From assembly GCA_964478885.1 (NCBI GenBank), contig CAYZKT010000002.1, forward strand, positions 1-46,180: a stretch of DNA of 46,180 nucleotides, given 5' to 3'. Source of the DNA: an uncultured Syntrophaceae bacterium. GTDB taxonomy: Bacteria > Desulfobacterota > Syntrophia > Syntrophales > UBA2192. Below are positions 18,580-27,483 of the stretch, piece by piece. Below the pieces are notes generated by a model. That model saw only the letters and a program-made list of their open reading frames with translations, did no database searches and had not been told where the DNA came from. How positions within the stretch are numbered: position 1 is the first letter of the stretch; each line of letters begins with the position of its first letter. The position numbers and the translations under genes are program-made.

Positions 18580-19348
18580 ACGGATCATCCCCTGCCTCGA
18601 CGTGAGGGACGGGAAGCTCACCAAGGGGGTCAAGTTCAAGGGCAACGTCGACATCGGCGACCCCGTGGAAGTGGCGCGGCAGTACTACGAGCAGGGGGCC
18701 GACGAGATCGTCTTCTACGACATCACCGCCTCGTCGGAGGGTCGCGACATCATGATCGACGTGGTGAAGCGCGTCGCCGAGACGATCTTCATCCCCTTTT
18801 CGGTTGGGGGGGGCATACGCACCCTCGAGGACATGCGCAGGGTCATCCTGGCGGGCGCGGAGAAAGTCAGTGTCAACTCCGGCGCCGTGGAGAACCCGAG
18901 AATCATCAACGAGGGCGCCGTGGCGTTCGGAAGACAGTGCGTCGTCCTGGGGATGGACGTGAAGAAAGTCGAACGCAGCGCGAAGATCCCCTCGGGCTAC
19001 GAGATCGTCATCCAGGGCGGCCGGAAGTACATGGGGATCGATGCCCTCTGGTGGGCGAAGGAAGCCGAGAACCTCGGGGCGGGGGAGATCTGCCTCAACT
19101 CCATAGACGCCGACGGGACCCTCGACGGCTATGAGCTGGAACTCACGCACCGGATCGCGACGCAGGTGAACATTCCCGTCATCGCGTCGGGCGGGGCGGG
19201 CCGGAAGGAGCACCTGCTGGACGTACTCACGAAGGCGAAGGCCGACGCGGCGCTCATCGCCTCCATCGTGCACTTCGGGACCTGCACGATCGCCGAGCTC
19301 AAGGAATATCTCTCCGGCAGCGGCGTGAAGGTGCGCGAGATCTGGTAA
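18569..19348 (+). CDS. hisF: imidazole glycerol phosphate synthase, cyclase subunit
   Basis: In-frame ATG 18569 inside tracked ORF 17984..19348. [23 protein letters not shown]...[12 protein letters not shown]...GGGIR...ASGGAG. Overlaps hisH by 11 nt. Confidence 0.95.
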   Translation: MLSKRIIPCLDVRDGKLTKGVKFKGNVDIGDPVEVARQYYEQGADEIVFYDITASSEGRDIMIDVVKRVAETIFIPFSVGGGIRTLEDMRRVILAGAEKVSVNSGAVENPRIINEGAVAFGRQCVVLGMDVKKVERSAKIPSGYEIVIQGGRKYMGIDALWWAKEAENLGAGEICLNSIDADGTLDGYELELTHRIATQVNIPVIASGGAGRKEHLLDVLTKAKADAALIASIVHFGTCTIAELKEYLSGSGVKVREIW

Positions 19349-19421
19349 CGCGCCTCCGGCGCAGGATCGAGGATCCAGGCTCGAGGTCTTTTCTTTGTGC
19401 CTCGTTCCTCGGACCTCCAAC

Positions 19422-20906
19422 TTAGAATTCTAAGAAGTGATATCCCCACGGGGGCAGGTCCACAAACAGCCCCGGGTCCGTCATCTCGCCGCCGTCTCGT
19501 TCGAAGACATCCCCCGACATCAGATCCGTCAGCCTCCAGGTCCGTTCGGCGAGCGAAAGGCCAGGCATCCGGACCCGCCCCTGGGATGAAGTGTCCGCCA
19601 GGTTGCCGACGATCAGGTGGTGCCTGCCTGAACCGGCCCATCGCCAGGCAACGAGGCGGCGGAAGCTTTCGTTGTCGGGCCAGCCTGAGATTTCGCAGAG
19701 GGACCAGTCCCCGTCGCGGAGCCGTGCATCCCGGACGGCAGGGAGGAGCCTGGCGTAGAAGGCCCGCACGGCGGAGTCCGGCGCTTCGTCGGGCTGCCGG
19801 CCGAGTTGCACCGGCAGCTTCAGCCTGCGCCCCTCGAGCTGCCCGTCGTGAAAGAGCCGCGCACCCGGCAGCGTTGCGATGACGACGGCGGCTGCGGCGA
19901 CTTTCGAGGCATCGAATACCGATGCCGCGCGCGGCTCGTCGTGATTCTCGATGAAGCGGACGAGTTTCCGCTGGTACCCCGGGTCGCCCGAGAGATGGAA
20001 GCGAACCGCCCCGGCCGGCTCGCGGACGAGGCAGTCGTAGAGCCGCTTGTCGTAGCAGTAGTCGAACCCCTGCCGCTGCAGTTCCCGTTCGAGGTCCCAG
20101 TAGGCCTCGGCGAGAAAGGTGAATCCGGGGTATCGTCCGCGGACGGCCCCGATGATTTCGTCCCAGTACTCGCGCTGCGGTTCCCGTCCCGCCCGGTCGA
20201 CCCATGTCTTGCGGAAGATGCGGTTGACGAGCAGCATGGCCATGTCGCAACGCACCCCGTCGCACTGGTCGGCAATGCCGAGCAGCGCCCCGGCGGCGGC
20301 CTCGCGAAGCCCCGGGTGAAAGGCGTTCAGCTGGGCCACGTCCTGCCAGGGCGGGTAGTTGGGGTCCCGGCCGCAGGCGAAGACCCGCCCGCCCGACTGG
20401 AAGAACTCCCGCGGCGCCCGGATGAGGTCCGCCGCATCTCCGCGGATGAAGAACTCGGGGTGTTCGAGGACCCAATCGTGGTCCTGCGCCACGTGGTTCG
20501 GCACAAAATCCAGGAACAGGCCGAGCCCGCAACGGGCCAGGGCCGCGCGCGCCTCGGCAAGGGCGCCGGGTCCCCCGAGGCGCTCGTCCACGGTGTAGTC
20601 CCGGATGCAGTAAGGCGAGCCCTGGATATCGGCGGGGGTGAAATCGGGGAGGATCGTGCGGCACTCCTCGAGAAGGGGCTGAAGGCTTCGGGCCAGTCTC
20701 GTTCCCGCCGGGCTTCTCTGCCAGACCCCCATGAGCCAGACGGCATCAAAGCCCATGGATGCGATGGCTTGCCATTCGGCGGGCGGAACGTCCGACAGCG
20801 TCACACGCCTGTCGTGCTTGCGGCTCAATGCCTCAAGCCAGACCCAGGTGTTGATCTCGTAGATGAGCGGCTGTTTCGGCAGGACGGGCATGTCGGCCCC
20901 CTCCAT
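19422..20906 (-). CDS. alpha-amylase-family (GH13-like) glycoside hydrolase
   Basis: 494 aa. The four GH13-like regions are LFLDFVPNHVAQDH, GVRCDMAMLL, FLAEAYWD, FIENHDEPR. Confidence 0.8.
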   Translation of the reverse strand: MEGADMPVLPKQPLIYEINTWVWLEALSRKHDRRVTLSDVPPAEWQAIASMGFDAVWLMGVWQRSPAGTRLARSLQPLLEECRTILPDFTPADIQGSPYCIRDYTVDERLGGPGALAEARAALARCGLGLFLDFVPNHVAQDHDWVLEHPEFFIRGDAADLIRAPREFFQSGGRVFACGRDPNYPPWQDVAQLNAFHPGLREAAAGALLGIADQCDGVRCDMAMLLVNRIFRKTWVDRAGREPQREYWDEIIGAVRGRYPGFTFLAEAYWDLERELQRQGFDYCYDKRLYDCLVREPAGAVRFHLSGDPGYQRKLVRFIENHDEPRAASVFDASKVAAAAVVIATLPGARLFHDGQLEGRRLKLPVQLGRQPDEAPDSAVRAFYARLLPAVRDARLRDGDWSLCEISGWPDNESFRRLVAWRWAGSGRHHLIVGNLADTSSQGRVRMPGLSLAERTWRLTDLMSGDVFERDGGEMTDPGLFVDLPPWGYHFLEF

Positions 20907-20934
20907 CGGTATCGGGTTCTTTGACCCGACGTCG

Positions 20935-22923
20935 CTAGTGCCGGACCGGGGAGTCCTCTCCGGATGAACTGCCCCCTTTACGTTTTCTCAGGGTCTGCGA
21001 GAGAAAAACGAGTAAAAAGAAGAAAAGACCGGCGACGTCGGTCATCCAGCCCGGTTTGATGAGCAGCAATGCAGCCGTCATGAGAGCCGCCGACTCGTAC
21101 CATGTCGCCCTGATCATCATGCAGCGCTGCACGGATGCCGCGAGACAGGCGACACCGAAGGCCGCCGTGCATGCGGCCAGAAGGATTGCCGGCCAGCTGC
21201 CGATCATCAGGAGTTCCGGGGCGTAGACGAACATGAAGGGGATGATGAACCCCGCGATGCCGAGCTGGAAGGCCGCTAACCCGGTCTTCCAGGGATCGGA
21301 CCGCGCGATTCCCGCTCCGGCATAGGCAGCCAGCGCAACGGGGGGTGTGATGTCGGCCCGCGTCCCGAAATAGAGGATGAACAGGTGGGCGGCGATGGCC
21401 AACACGCCCATGTCGACGAGCGCGGGCGCCACCAGCGACGTGATGATGATGTACTGTGCCGTCGTCGGAACGCCCATTCCCAGGAACAGGCAGGCGATCA
21501 TGGTGAAGGGCAGGGCGAGGAAGAGATACCCCTGGGAGGCGTCGACGACGAAGGACGAGAACTTGAGGCCCAGGCCCGTCATGGTGATGCTCCCGATGAT
21601 GATCCCCGCGGCCGCGCAGGCGGCGGCGACCTGGACCGACCCGATCGCCCCCTCCCGCAGCCCGTCCAGGATCGCCAGGCCGAAGTCCTTCAGGGATTCC
21701 CGCCTCACCAGCGCCATGACCAGCGAAGTGAGGACCGTCACGGTTATGGCCCAGAAGACGGCGCGCTCGGGTGAATAGTCCTCCATGAGGAAATAGATGA
21801 GCGCAAAGACGGAGAAGAGGTGGTGCCAGCCCCGCCCCAGCGTGTTGCGGATGCTGGGGAGCTCGGACTTGGGCAGACCCGTGAGGCCCAGAGACACGGC
21901 CCGAAAGTGAACCTGCATGAACGTGGCGAAGAAGGCCAGCGTCGCGGGGATAAACGCGGCCACACAAACCTTGAAGTAGGTGATTCCGAGGAACTCGGCC
22001 ATGATGAATGCCGCCGCACCCATGATCGGCGGCATGATCTGTCCCATTGTCGATGCCGAGGCCTCGACGCCCGCCGCGAAGTGGGCGGGATAGCCCGTTC
22101 GCTTCATCAGGGGGATCGTGAAGGAGCCCGTTGTCACCGTGTTGGCAACGGAACTGCCCGAGATCATGCCGAAGAACGTGCTCGATACGACGGCCGCCTT
22201 CGCCGGCCCTCCCCGGGCCCAACCTGTCAGAGCGAAGGCGATGTCCGTGAAGAATTCGCCCGCCCCTGTCTTTCGCAGCAGGGTTCCGTACAGGATGAAG
22301 AGCAGGATGAAGTTGGCCGAGACCCCGATCGGGACCCCGAAGATCCCGTCCGTCGACAACGCCAGGTAGGTCGAGAGCCGCTTGACGCTGTACCCTTTGT
22401 GCGAGATGACGTCCGGGAGCCAGGGACCGAGCAGGGCGTAGAGGATGAACACGATGGCGATCAGCGTGACTGATAGTCCCGTGGACCGCCTCGAGGCCTC
22501 CAGGACGAGGAGCACCATAAGGGATCCCATGACCACATCGAGGGTCTCGTAAGACCCGGCCCGGTTCATGATCGGCGTGGAGTAGAGGAAGAGCCAGATG
22601 CAGATGGCTCCCGACGCGACCAGGAAGACGCCGTCGAACACGGACATGCGATGCCACGGCGAGTGTTTCTTCGTCAGGGGGTAGAGGGCGAAGACGAGAA
22701 TGGACATGAAGAACCAGTGCAGGGCGCGGTGGTCGAGGGCGAAGAAGGGGTGCGTGTAGGCGTAGTACAGGTGGTAGAGGCTCGCCGCGACGGCGAAGAC
22801 GGTGAGCAGGACGTTTGCCGGCCCTTTGTAGGTCCGGACCCGTTCGAACTTTTCGAGGATTTCCTGGCCGCGCTTTTTCTCCTCCTCGAATTCGTGCTGG
22901 AGCGCTTTTTCGATTTCAGCCAT
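20935..22923 (-). CDS. TRAP transporter fused 4TM/12TM permease (TAXI-associated type)
   Basis: 662 aa, highly polytopic. Follows the TAXI receptor and DUF1850 genes in the same orientation. Confidence 0.9.
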   Translation of the reverse strand: MAEIEKALQHEFEEEKKRGQEILEKFERVRTYKGPANVLLTVFAVAASLYHLYYAYTHPFFALDHRALHWFFMSILVFALYPLTKKHSPWHRMSVFDGVFLVASGAICIWLFLYSTPIMNRAGSYETLDVVMGSLMVLLVLEASRRSTGLSVTLIAIVFILYALLGPWLPDVISHKGYSVKRLSTYLALSTDGIFGVPIGVSANFILLFILYGTLLRKTGAGEFFTDIAFALTGWARGGPAKAAVVSSTFFGMISGSSVANTVTTGSFTIPLMKRTGYPAHFAAGVEASASTMGQIMPPIMGAAAFIMAEFLGITYFKVCVAAFIPATLAFFATFMQVHFRAVSLGLTGLPKSELPSIRNTLGRGWHHLFSVFALIYFLMEDYSPERAVFWAITVTVLTSLVMALVRRESLKDFGLAILDGLREGAIGSVQVAAACAAAGIIIGSITMTGLGLKFSSFVVDASQGYLFLALPFTMIACLFLGMGVPTTAQYIIITSLVAPALVDMGVLAIAAHLFILYFGTRADITPPVALAAYAGAGIARSDPWKTGLAAFQLGIAGFIIPFMFVYAPELLMIGSWPAILLAACTAAFGVACLAASVQRCMMIRATWYESAALMTAALLLIKPGWMTDVAGLFFFLLVFLSQTLRKRKGGSSSGEDSPVRH

Positions 22924-22935
22924 GGGACCCCGAAC

Positions 22936-23406
22936 CTACCGTTTCGCGACTCGAAGTTGAAGGAGGCTCCCGCCCGGTGCAAGGTCGGTCAATGCAACCC
23001 GCGAATCGCCCGACTCAATCACCTGCCGGCAGACCCGGCCGACCCGGATCAGGAGGTCCTGGAAAGGCCTGTTTACAGCGACTCGCGTCCAGTCGCCGTC
23101 GAAGGAGATCCTCGCCTGCGGGTGCGATTCCAGCCCTGCTCCATACCACAGATACTGCTCTTCCAACAGGATGAAGTGACCGTCCCCCTCGACCCTGAAG
23201 ATGCCTCGAACGGGGGTCCCGTCGGAGGAGTGGGTATATTCGAGCCGGAAAAGACTCCCCGGCGCGACAGGCGCATGCCACAGCAGGCCGCCTTCCGGGT
23301 GGCTCAGGATCTCGAGCTGCAGGCCGCCCGTGCCCTCCGCAAGGCAGGAAGGGAGAGGCAACAGCAGGGATGCGGCAAGGACCAGTATCGCGATCGGGCG
23401 CATCAT
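22936..23406 (-). CDS. DUF1850-like small periplasmic/membrane-anchored protein typical of TAXI-TRAP operons
   Basis: 156 aa. Signal-like N-terminus MMRPIAILVLAASLLLPLPSCLA. Lies between receptor and permease. Family assignment is from memory of the operon context. Confidence 0.6.
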   Translation of the reverse strand: MMRPIAILVLAASLLLPLPSCLAEGTGGLQLEILSHPEGGLLWHAPVAPGSLFRLEYTHSSDGTPVRGIFRVEGDGHFILLEEQYLWYGAGLESHPQARISFDGDWTRVAVNRPFQDLLIRVGRVCRQVIESGDSRVALTDLAPGGSLLQLRVAKR

Positions 23407-23410
23407 CGAA

Positions 23411-23442
23411 GAAAAGCCCGGCCGGGTCCCGCCCGGCCGGGC
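23411..23442 (-). terminator. GC-rich hairpin plus U-rich tract between the TAXI receptor gene and DUF1850 (intra-operon attenuator or partial terminator)
   Basis: 11-bp stem GCCCGGCCGGG (23416-23426) / CCCGGCCGGGC (23432-23442), 5-nt loop. The minus-strand RNA continues UUUUCUU. Confidence 0.5.
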
Positions 23443-23451
23443 AGGGGGGCG

Positions 23452-24420
23452 CTACTTAAGCGCCTTGATTTCCTTGAAGTACTTCACCGAGCCGGGATGA
23501 AGGGCGATCGGGCTGTTGACGCCGTTTGCCGGCGTCAGCTGTGCCGCGACCGGGTGGATGTTGACAAGCGCGTACTTGCCCTCCTTGACGTTGCTGAAGA
23601 TGGCTTTCGTGATCTTGTACGCCACGTCGTCCGGCATCTTCTTGTTTGCCACGAGCACGTTGGAGTCGCCGAGGCAGAGGATATCTTTGTCCTGGCCGGG
23701 GTAGGTTTTGGCCGGGATGGTGTTCTTGATGTAGTACGGGTATTTCTTGATGATCCGGTCGGCATTGGCCCGATCGATGGGAACGAGCACGATCTCCCGC
23801 GAGGCCGCCAGATCGAGCACGGCGGAGCCCGGGTAGGCGAAGTTGAAGAACACGGCGTCGACGACCCCGTCCTTCAGGGCCTGAACGGACTCATTCTGCG
23901 AGAGGTTGGCGATGGTCACGTCCTTGTTGAGCGTGAATCCGTGCTCCTCGAGGATGATCTTCGCCATGTTGGCGCAGCCGCTGCCGGGAACATCGATGGA
24001 GACCTTCTTGCCCTTCAGATCCCTGATCGATTTGATCCCCGACTGCTTCGTCGTCACGATGTGCTCCGGTGCGGGGTACATCTGGAAGAGGGCGACGAGG
24101 GGGAGCTTCTCCTTGAAGGGGTCCTTGCCCTGGGTGGCGTTGTAGGCAATGCTGCCCATCACCATCCCCATGTCCGACTCCCCGCCTCCGACGAGGCGGC
24201 TGTTCTCGACGGACGCGCCCGTCGATTCCGATGCGCAGCGGAACCCTTCGACGGTCTTCTCGATGATGACCGCCATGCCCCCGCCGAGCGGATAGTAGGC
24301 GCCGCCGGGGCTGCCGGACGAGAGCGTGAGGAACGTTTTCCGTTGTGCCAGGGCATCGTCCCCGCCGGTCAGCGCGAGGACGAGCATGACGGCCGCGACG
24401 CACAGGAGAGCTCGTTTCAT
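23452..24420 (-). CDS. TAXI-family TRAP transporter solute receptor
   Basis: 322 aa. Signal peptide, then TLSSGSPGGAYYPLGGGMA, typical of TAXI (TIGR02122-like) receptors. Confidence 0.9.
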   Translation of the reverse strand: MKRALLCVAAVMLVLALTGGDDALAQRKTFLTLSSGSPGGAYYPLGGGMAVIIEKTVEGFRCASESTGASVENSRLVGGGESDMGMVMGSIAYNATQGKDPFKEKLPLVALFQMYPAPEHIVTTKQSGIKSIRDLKGKKVSIDVPGSGCANMAKIILEEHGFTLNKDVTIANLSQNESVQALKDGVVDAVFFNFAYPGSAVLDLAASREIVLVPIDRANADRIIKKYPYYIKNTIPAKTYPGQDKDILCLGDSNVLVANKKMPDDVAYKITKAIFSNVKEGKYALVNIHPVAAQLTPANGVNSPIALHPGSVKYFKEIKALK

Positions 24421-24584
24421 AATCCCACCTCCATTCTGGTATTGCCTGTTTTTATAGCGGCTGATACCGGATCCGTCCAGCTTTTTCGAGGCTCGAACGG
24501 TGGAACGGCCGAGAGGCGCGCAGGCGCATGGCAGGAGTTCGAAAAAAAACGGTCAAAAGGGCGCAGATGCGGGGTGCCCTGAAA

Positions 24585-24604
24585 GGATGGAAGTTAGGAA
24601 GCTG
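24585..24604. repeat. partial copy of the GAAG-repeat element
   Basis: ggatggaagttaggaag (24585-24601) is identical over 17 nt to 30363-30379. Lies immediately 3' of the DapB-like ORF. Confidence 0.6.
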
Positions 24605-24616
24605 CACAGTTTCTTC

Positions 24617-25150
24617 TTACTTCAGGCCGAGGACGTCCTGCATGTCGTACAGCCCATTCTTCTGTTTCACAATCCACTTCGCGGCGGCGATGGCCTCGCG
24701 GGCGAAGGTGTCCCGGATGAAGGAGCGGTAGATCAGCTCCACCCCGGCGCCCATTTCGCTGAAGAGGGCCGGGCTCACATTCGGCACGAGGACGCAGCGC
24801 GTCTTTTTCGTCAATTCCCGGATGCGCTCCATCTCGTCGAGCATGAACCCCATGGTCCCCATCACCATGGAGGTCTTGAACTCGGCGGCAATGCGCAGAT
24901 GGGCAAGGGACGATTCCTTGTCCGTGAAGTCGATGACCACGCAGCTGTTCCGGATGCAATCGCGTAAATCGTCCACGACAGGCACGCCAAAGAAGCCCAT
25001 GCGATTGAACTCGCCGGCATCCTGCCCGACAAAGTGGCTTCCCTTGACGTCCACGGCCCCGATCAGCTCGATGCCGTCCGTCTCGTTGACGAACTGCATC
25101 AGCCTTGCCCCCATCTTGCTGCTCACGCCCGTCACAATCGCCTTGACCAT
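24617..25150 (-). CDS. DapB (4-hydroxy-tetrahydrodipicolinate reductase)-like protein with an in-frame internal deletion of the catalytic/substrate domain; possible pseudogene or neofunctionalised remnant
   Basis: 177 aa from MVKAIVTG (ATG 25148-25150). Both ends align with DapB: GIELIGAVD..VGQDAGEF, VVIDFT, MGTMGF, and C-terminal FAREAIAAAKWIVKQKNGLYDMQDVLGL. The E-x-H-H-x2-K-x-D-x-P-S-G-T-A block is absent, and GxxGxxG reads GVSSKMG. Confidence 0.7.
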   Translation of the reverse strand: MVKAIVTGVSSKMGARLMQFVNETDGIELIGAVDVKGSHFVGQDAGEFNRMGFFGVPVVDDLRDCIRNSCVVIDFTDKESSLAHLRIAAEFKTSMVMGTMGFMLDEMERIRELTKKTRCVLVPNVSPALFSEMGAGVELIYRSFIRDTFAREAIAAAKWIVKQKNGLYDMQDVLGLK

Positions 25151-25328
25151 GGCTTTCCTCTCTTCCGACCCCGTCCTCTCTATACATGCAACGGAGCCGT
25201 TAACGCAGCCCTTTGTCGGGTGCGGGACCAAGGAGCGGCAAAACGGGGACCGACCGTCCGTGTCGTGTCAGACCTCCGGGTTCCCGCAACACGAGCCGCC
25301 CCCGGGGCTTGCGTCCGCAGTGGCACGG

Positions 25329-25344
25329 AGCAAGAGGGGTGCCA
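25329..25344 (-). promoter_or_regulatory. sigma54 (-24/-12) promoter, perfect consensus, facing the DapB-like gene and TAXI-TRAP genes
   Basis: Minus strand reads TGGCAC-CCCTC-TTGCT (consensus TGGCAC-N5-TTGCW), about 180 nt upstream of ATG 25150. Confidence 0.6.
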
Positions 25345-25498
25345 GAGACATGAAATTTCAAAAGGGTTCGATATAAATGGGGAAAGAGCATTCGGGCAGG
25401 AATCTCGGAGGAGGGGAAACCTCACAAAAATGTAGTACCGGCCCCGGGAGCAGACAAAATCGTCTGCCATGCGCTGCGACGGGCCGGTGCGGCGGGCT

Positions 25499-25530
25499 CC
25501 GCATCCCGGCGCCCGGGCACCGGGATGCGG
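25499..25530 (-). terminator. strong hairpin downstream of glnK (no clear U-tract)
   Basis: 11-bp perfect stem CCGCATCCCGG / CCGGGATGCGG with a 10-nt loop, about 55 nt after the glnK stop. Confidence 0.3.
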
Positions 25531-25584
25531 GAAGGTGCGGCTTCCTTCCCGAAACCCGATGCCCGAATCCCGCTTCCCGTCGGT

Positions 25585-25926
25585 TTACCCGATCGCCTGA
25601 CCGCCCCGCTCTGACGTGCGGATCCGGATGACGTCCGGGAGGTCCAGGACGAAGATCTTCCCGTCGCCGATCTCCCCGGTCCGGGCGCTCCGGGTGATGG
25701 CCTGGATGGTGGGTTCCACGAAGTCCTCGTTGACGGCGATCTCGAGTTTCACCTTCTTGAGAAGGCTCCCCGCTTCCTTCGCGCCCCGGTAGACTTCCGT
25801 CACCCCCATCTGCCGGCCCCTGCCGAGTACGTTGGAGACGGTCATCAGGTTCACGTCGACGTCTTCGAGCGCTTTCATCACGTCGTCGAGCTTGTGCGGT
25901 TTGATGATGGCGATGATGTATTTCAT
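25585..25926 (-). CDS. glnK: P-II nitrogen regulatory protein (GlnK type, amt-linked)
   Basis: 113 aa. [16 protein letters not shown]...[15 protein letters not shown]...[11 protein letters not shown]. Starts 12 nt after amt. Confidence 0.93.
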   Translation of the reverse strand: MKYIIAIIKPHKLDDVMKALEDVDVNLMTVSNVLGRGRQMGVTEVYRGAKEAGSLLKKVKLEIAVNEDFVEPTIQAITRSARTGEIGDGKIFVLDLPDVIRIRTSERGGQAIG

Positions 25927-25938
25927 GGTCTCAGCCTC

Positions 25939-27174
25939 CTAGTCCACCAGGGTGTAGGCCGACTCGCTGTGCTGGGTCAGGTCCAGACCGACGATCTCCT
26001 TGGTCTTTTCCACCCGGACGCACATCAGGGAGTCGACGAGCTTGAAGATGGCCCAGGTCATGGCCGCCGCGAAGACAACCGTCACCAGCACGAGCATGCA
26101 CTGCACCCCGAAGAGCTGGGCGTTGCCGAAGAGCAGCCCGTTGGCGCCGGCCTCGTTGACGGCCTTCTCGGCGAAAAGACCCGTGGCCAGCGTTCCCCAG
26201 ATGCCGCCGACGCCGTGGATTCCGAAGACGTCGAGCGAATCGTCATACTTGAAGAACGACTTCACCCTGGCGATGGCGAGGTAGCAGAAGACGCTCGCGA
26301 ACATCCCGATGAAGATGGCGTTCATGGGGTTGACGAAGCCGCAGGCCGGGGTGATCGCGACCAATCCTGCCACCGCACCGGACACGGCGCCCAGGGCGGT
26401 GGGGGCCTTGTGCGTCATCCACTCGATGACGGCCCAGGTCAGCCCCGCCGCCGCCGTGGCGACCGTCGTGGTCACGAAGGCGTTGGCCGCAAGCTCGTTG
26501 GCCGCCAGGGCGCTCCCCGCGTTGAACCCAAACCAGCCGAACCACAGCAGGGCGCCTCCCAGCACGGTGAAGGGAAGGTTGTGCGGCGTGAAGGTCCTCT
26601 TCTCATACCCGATTCTCCGGCCGATCAGCAGGGCGAGCACCAGGGCCGAGATGCCCGAGCTGGTGTGGACCACGATCCCCCCGGCGAAGTCGAGAGCCCC
26701 GAGGTCCCGGAGCCATCCGCCCATTCCCCAGACCCAGTGTCCGAGCGGGTTGTACACGAAGGTGGCCCAGAGGACGGTGAACGCCAGGAACGCGGAGAAC
26801 TTGATCCGCTCGGCGTAGGTCCCGATGATCAGGGCCGGCGTGATCACCGCGAACATGCATTGGAAAATCATGAAGGCGTAGTGCGGGATCGTGGCCGCGT
26901 AATCGGTGTTGGGCTGCATACCCACGTTCCGCAGCCCGGCCCAGTCGAGGCCGCCGATGATCCCCTTGTACGCGTCGGGGCCGAAGGTCAGGGAGTAGCC
27001 GTAGAGCACCCACTGCAGCGTGATGACGCAAAGGATGATCAGGCACTGCATCAGGATGGAAAGGACGTTTTTCCTTCTCACGAGCCCGCCGTAGAAAAAG
27101 GCCAGTCCGGGGATGGTCATGAGAAGAACGAGTGCCGACGATATGAGCACCCATGCGGTGTCGCCCGAGTTCAT
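25939..27174 (-). CDS. amt: ammonium transporter (Amt family)
   Basis: 411 aa. GDTAWVLISSALVLLMTIPGLAFFYGGLVRRKN, DFAGGIVVHTSSG, GFNAGSA, GIHGVGGIWG. Confidence 0.95.
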   Translation of the reverse strand: MNSGDTAWVLISSALVLLMTIPGLAFFYGGLVRRKNVLSILMQCLIILCVITLQWVLYGYSLTFGPDAYKGIIGGLDWAGLRNVGMQPNTDYAATIPHYAFMIFQCMFAVITPALIIGTYAERIKFSAFLAFTVLWATFVYNPLGHWVWGMGGWLRDLGALDFAGGIVVHTSSGISALVLALLIGRRIGYEKRTFTPHNLPFTVLGGALLWFGWFGFNAGSALAANELAANAFVTTTVATAAAGLTWAVIEWMTHKAPTALGAVSGAVAGLVAITPACGFVNPMNAIFIGMFASVFCYLAIARVKSFFKYDDSLDVFGIHGVGGIWGTLATGLFAEKAVNEAGANGLLFGNAQLFGVQCMLVLVTVVFAAAMTWAIFKLVDSLMCVRVEKTKEIVGLDLTQHSESAYTLVD

Positions 27175-27222
27175 GTTCGTACCCTCCTGAGATGGATTTG
27201 GATAATGACTGATTCAGAGTAG

Positions 27223-27238
27223 GGCAAATAGGGTGCCA
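27223..27238 (-). promoter_or_regulatory. sigma54 (-24/-12) promoter, perfect consensus, for amt-glnK
   Basis: Minus strand reads TGGCAC-CCTAT-TTGCC, about 50 nt upstream of ATG 27174. An AT-rich island lies immediately upstream. Confidence 0.6.
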
Positions 27239-27418
27239 AGAGGGGATGTGATCGTAAGGTATCGTATATAAAGAATATTATATATCACGGTTTCTGGCGG
27301 AGCAAAATATGAAACACAATAATGTAATTATAATATTATAAAATAACGATAATGTTTATTATATTGCAAGAGACACAAGAGTGAGAGAGTAGACGGTACG
27401 ACGAGCGCCGGGAAACGG

Positions 27419-27451
27419 AAAAAAGAGGCAGGGCGTTCGCTGCCCTGCCTC
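27419..27451 (-). terminator. rho-independent terminator of the upstream amt-PII unit
   Basis: 10-bp stem GAGGCAGGGC / GCCCTGCCTC (27425-27451), followed on the minus strand by UUUUUU (27419-24). Lies 33 nt after the PII stop. Confidence 0.7.
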
Positions 27452-27483
27452 TTCACTCACATGTTCGAACGGTGCGGGGTTGT

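Noticed and set aside
19421-19434. Perfect palindrome CTTAGAATTCTAAG at the convergent hisF/GH13 junction.
   Set aside because: It contains the GH13 stop codon and an EcoRI-type site. It is short, AT-rich and lacks a flanking U-tract, so a functional role (terminator or operator) cannot be supported.
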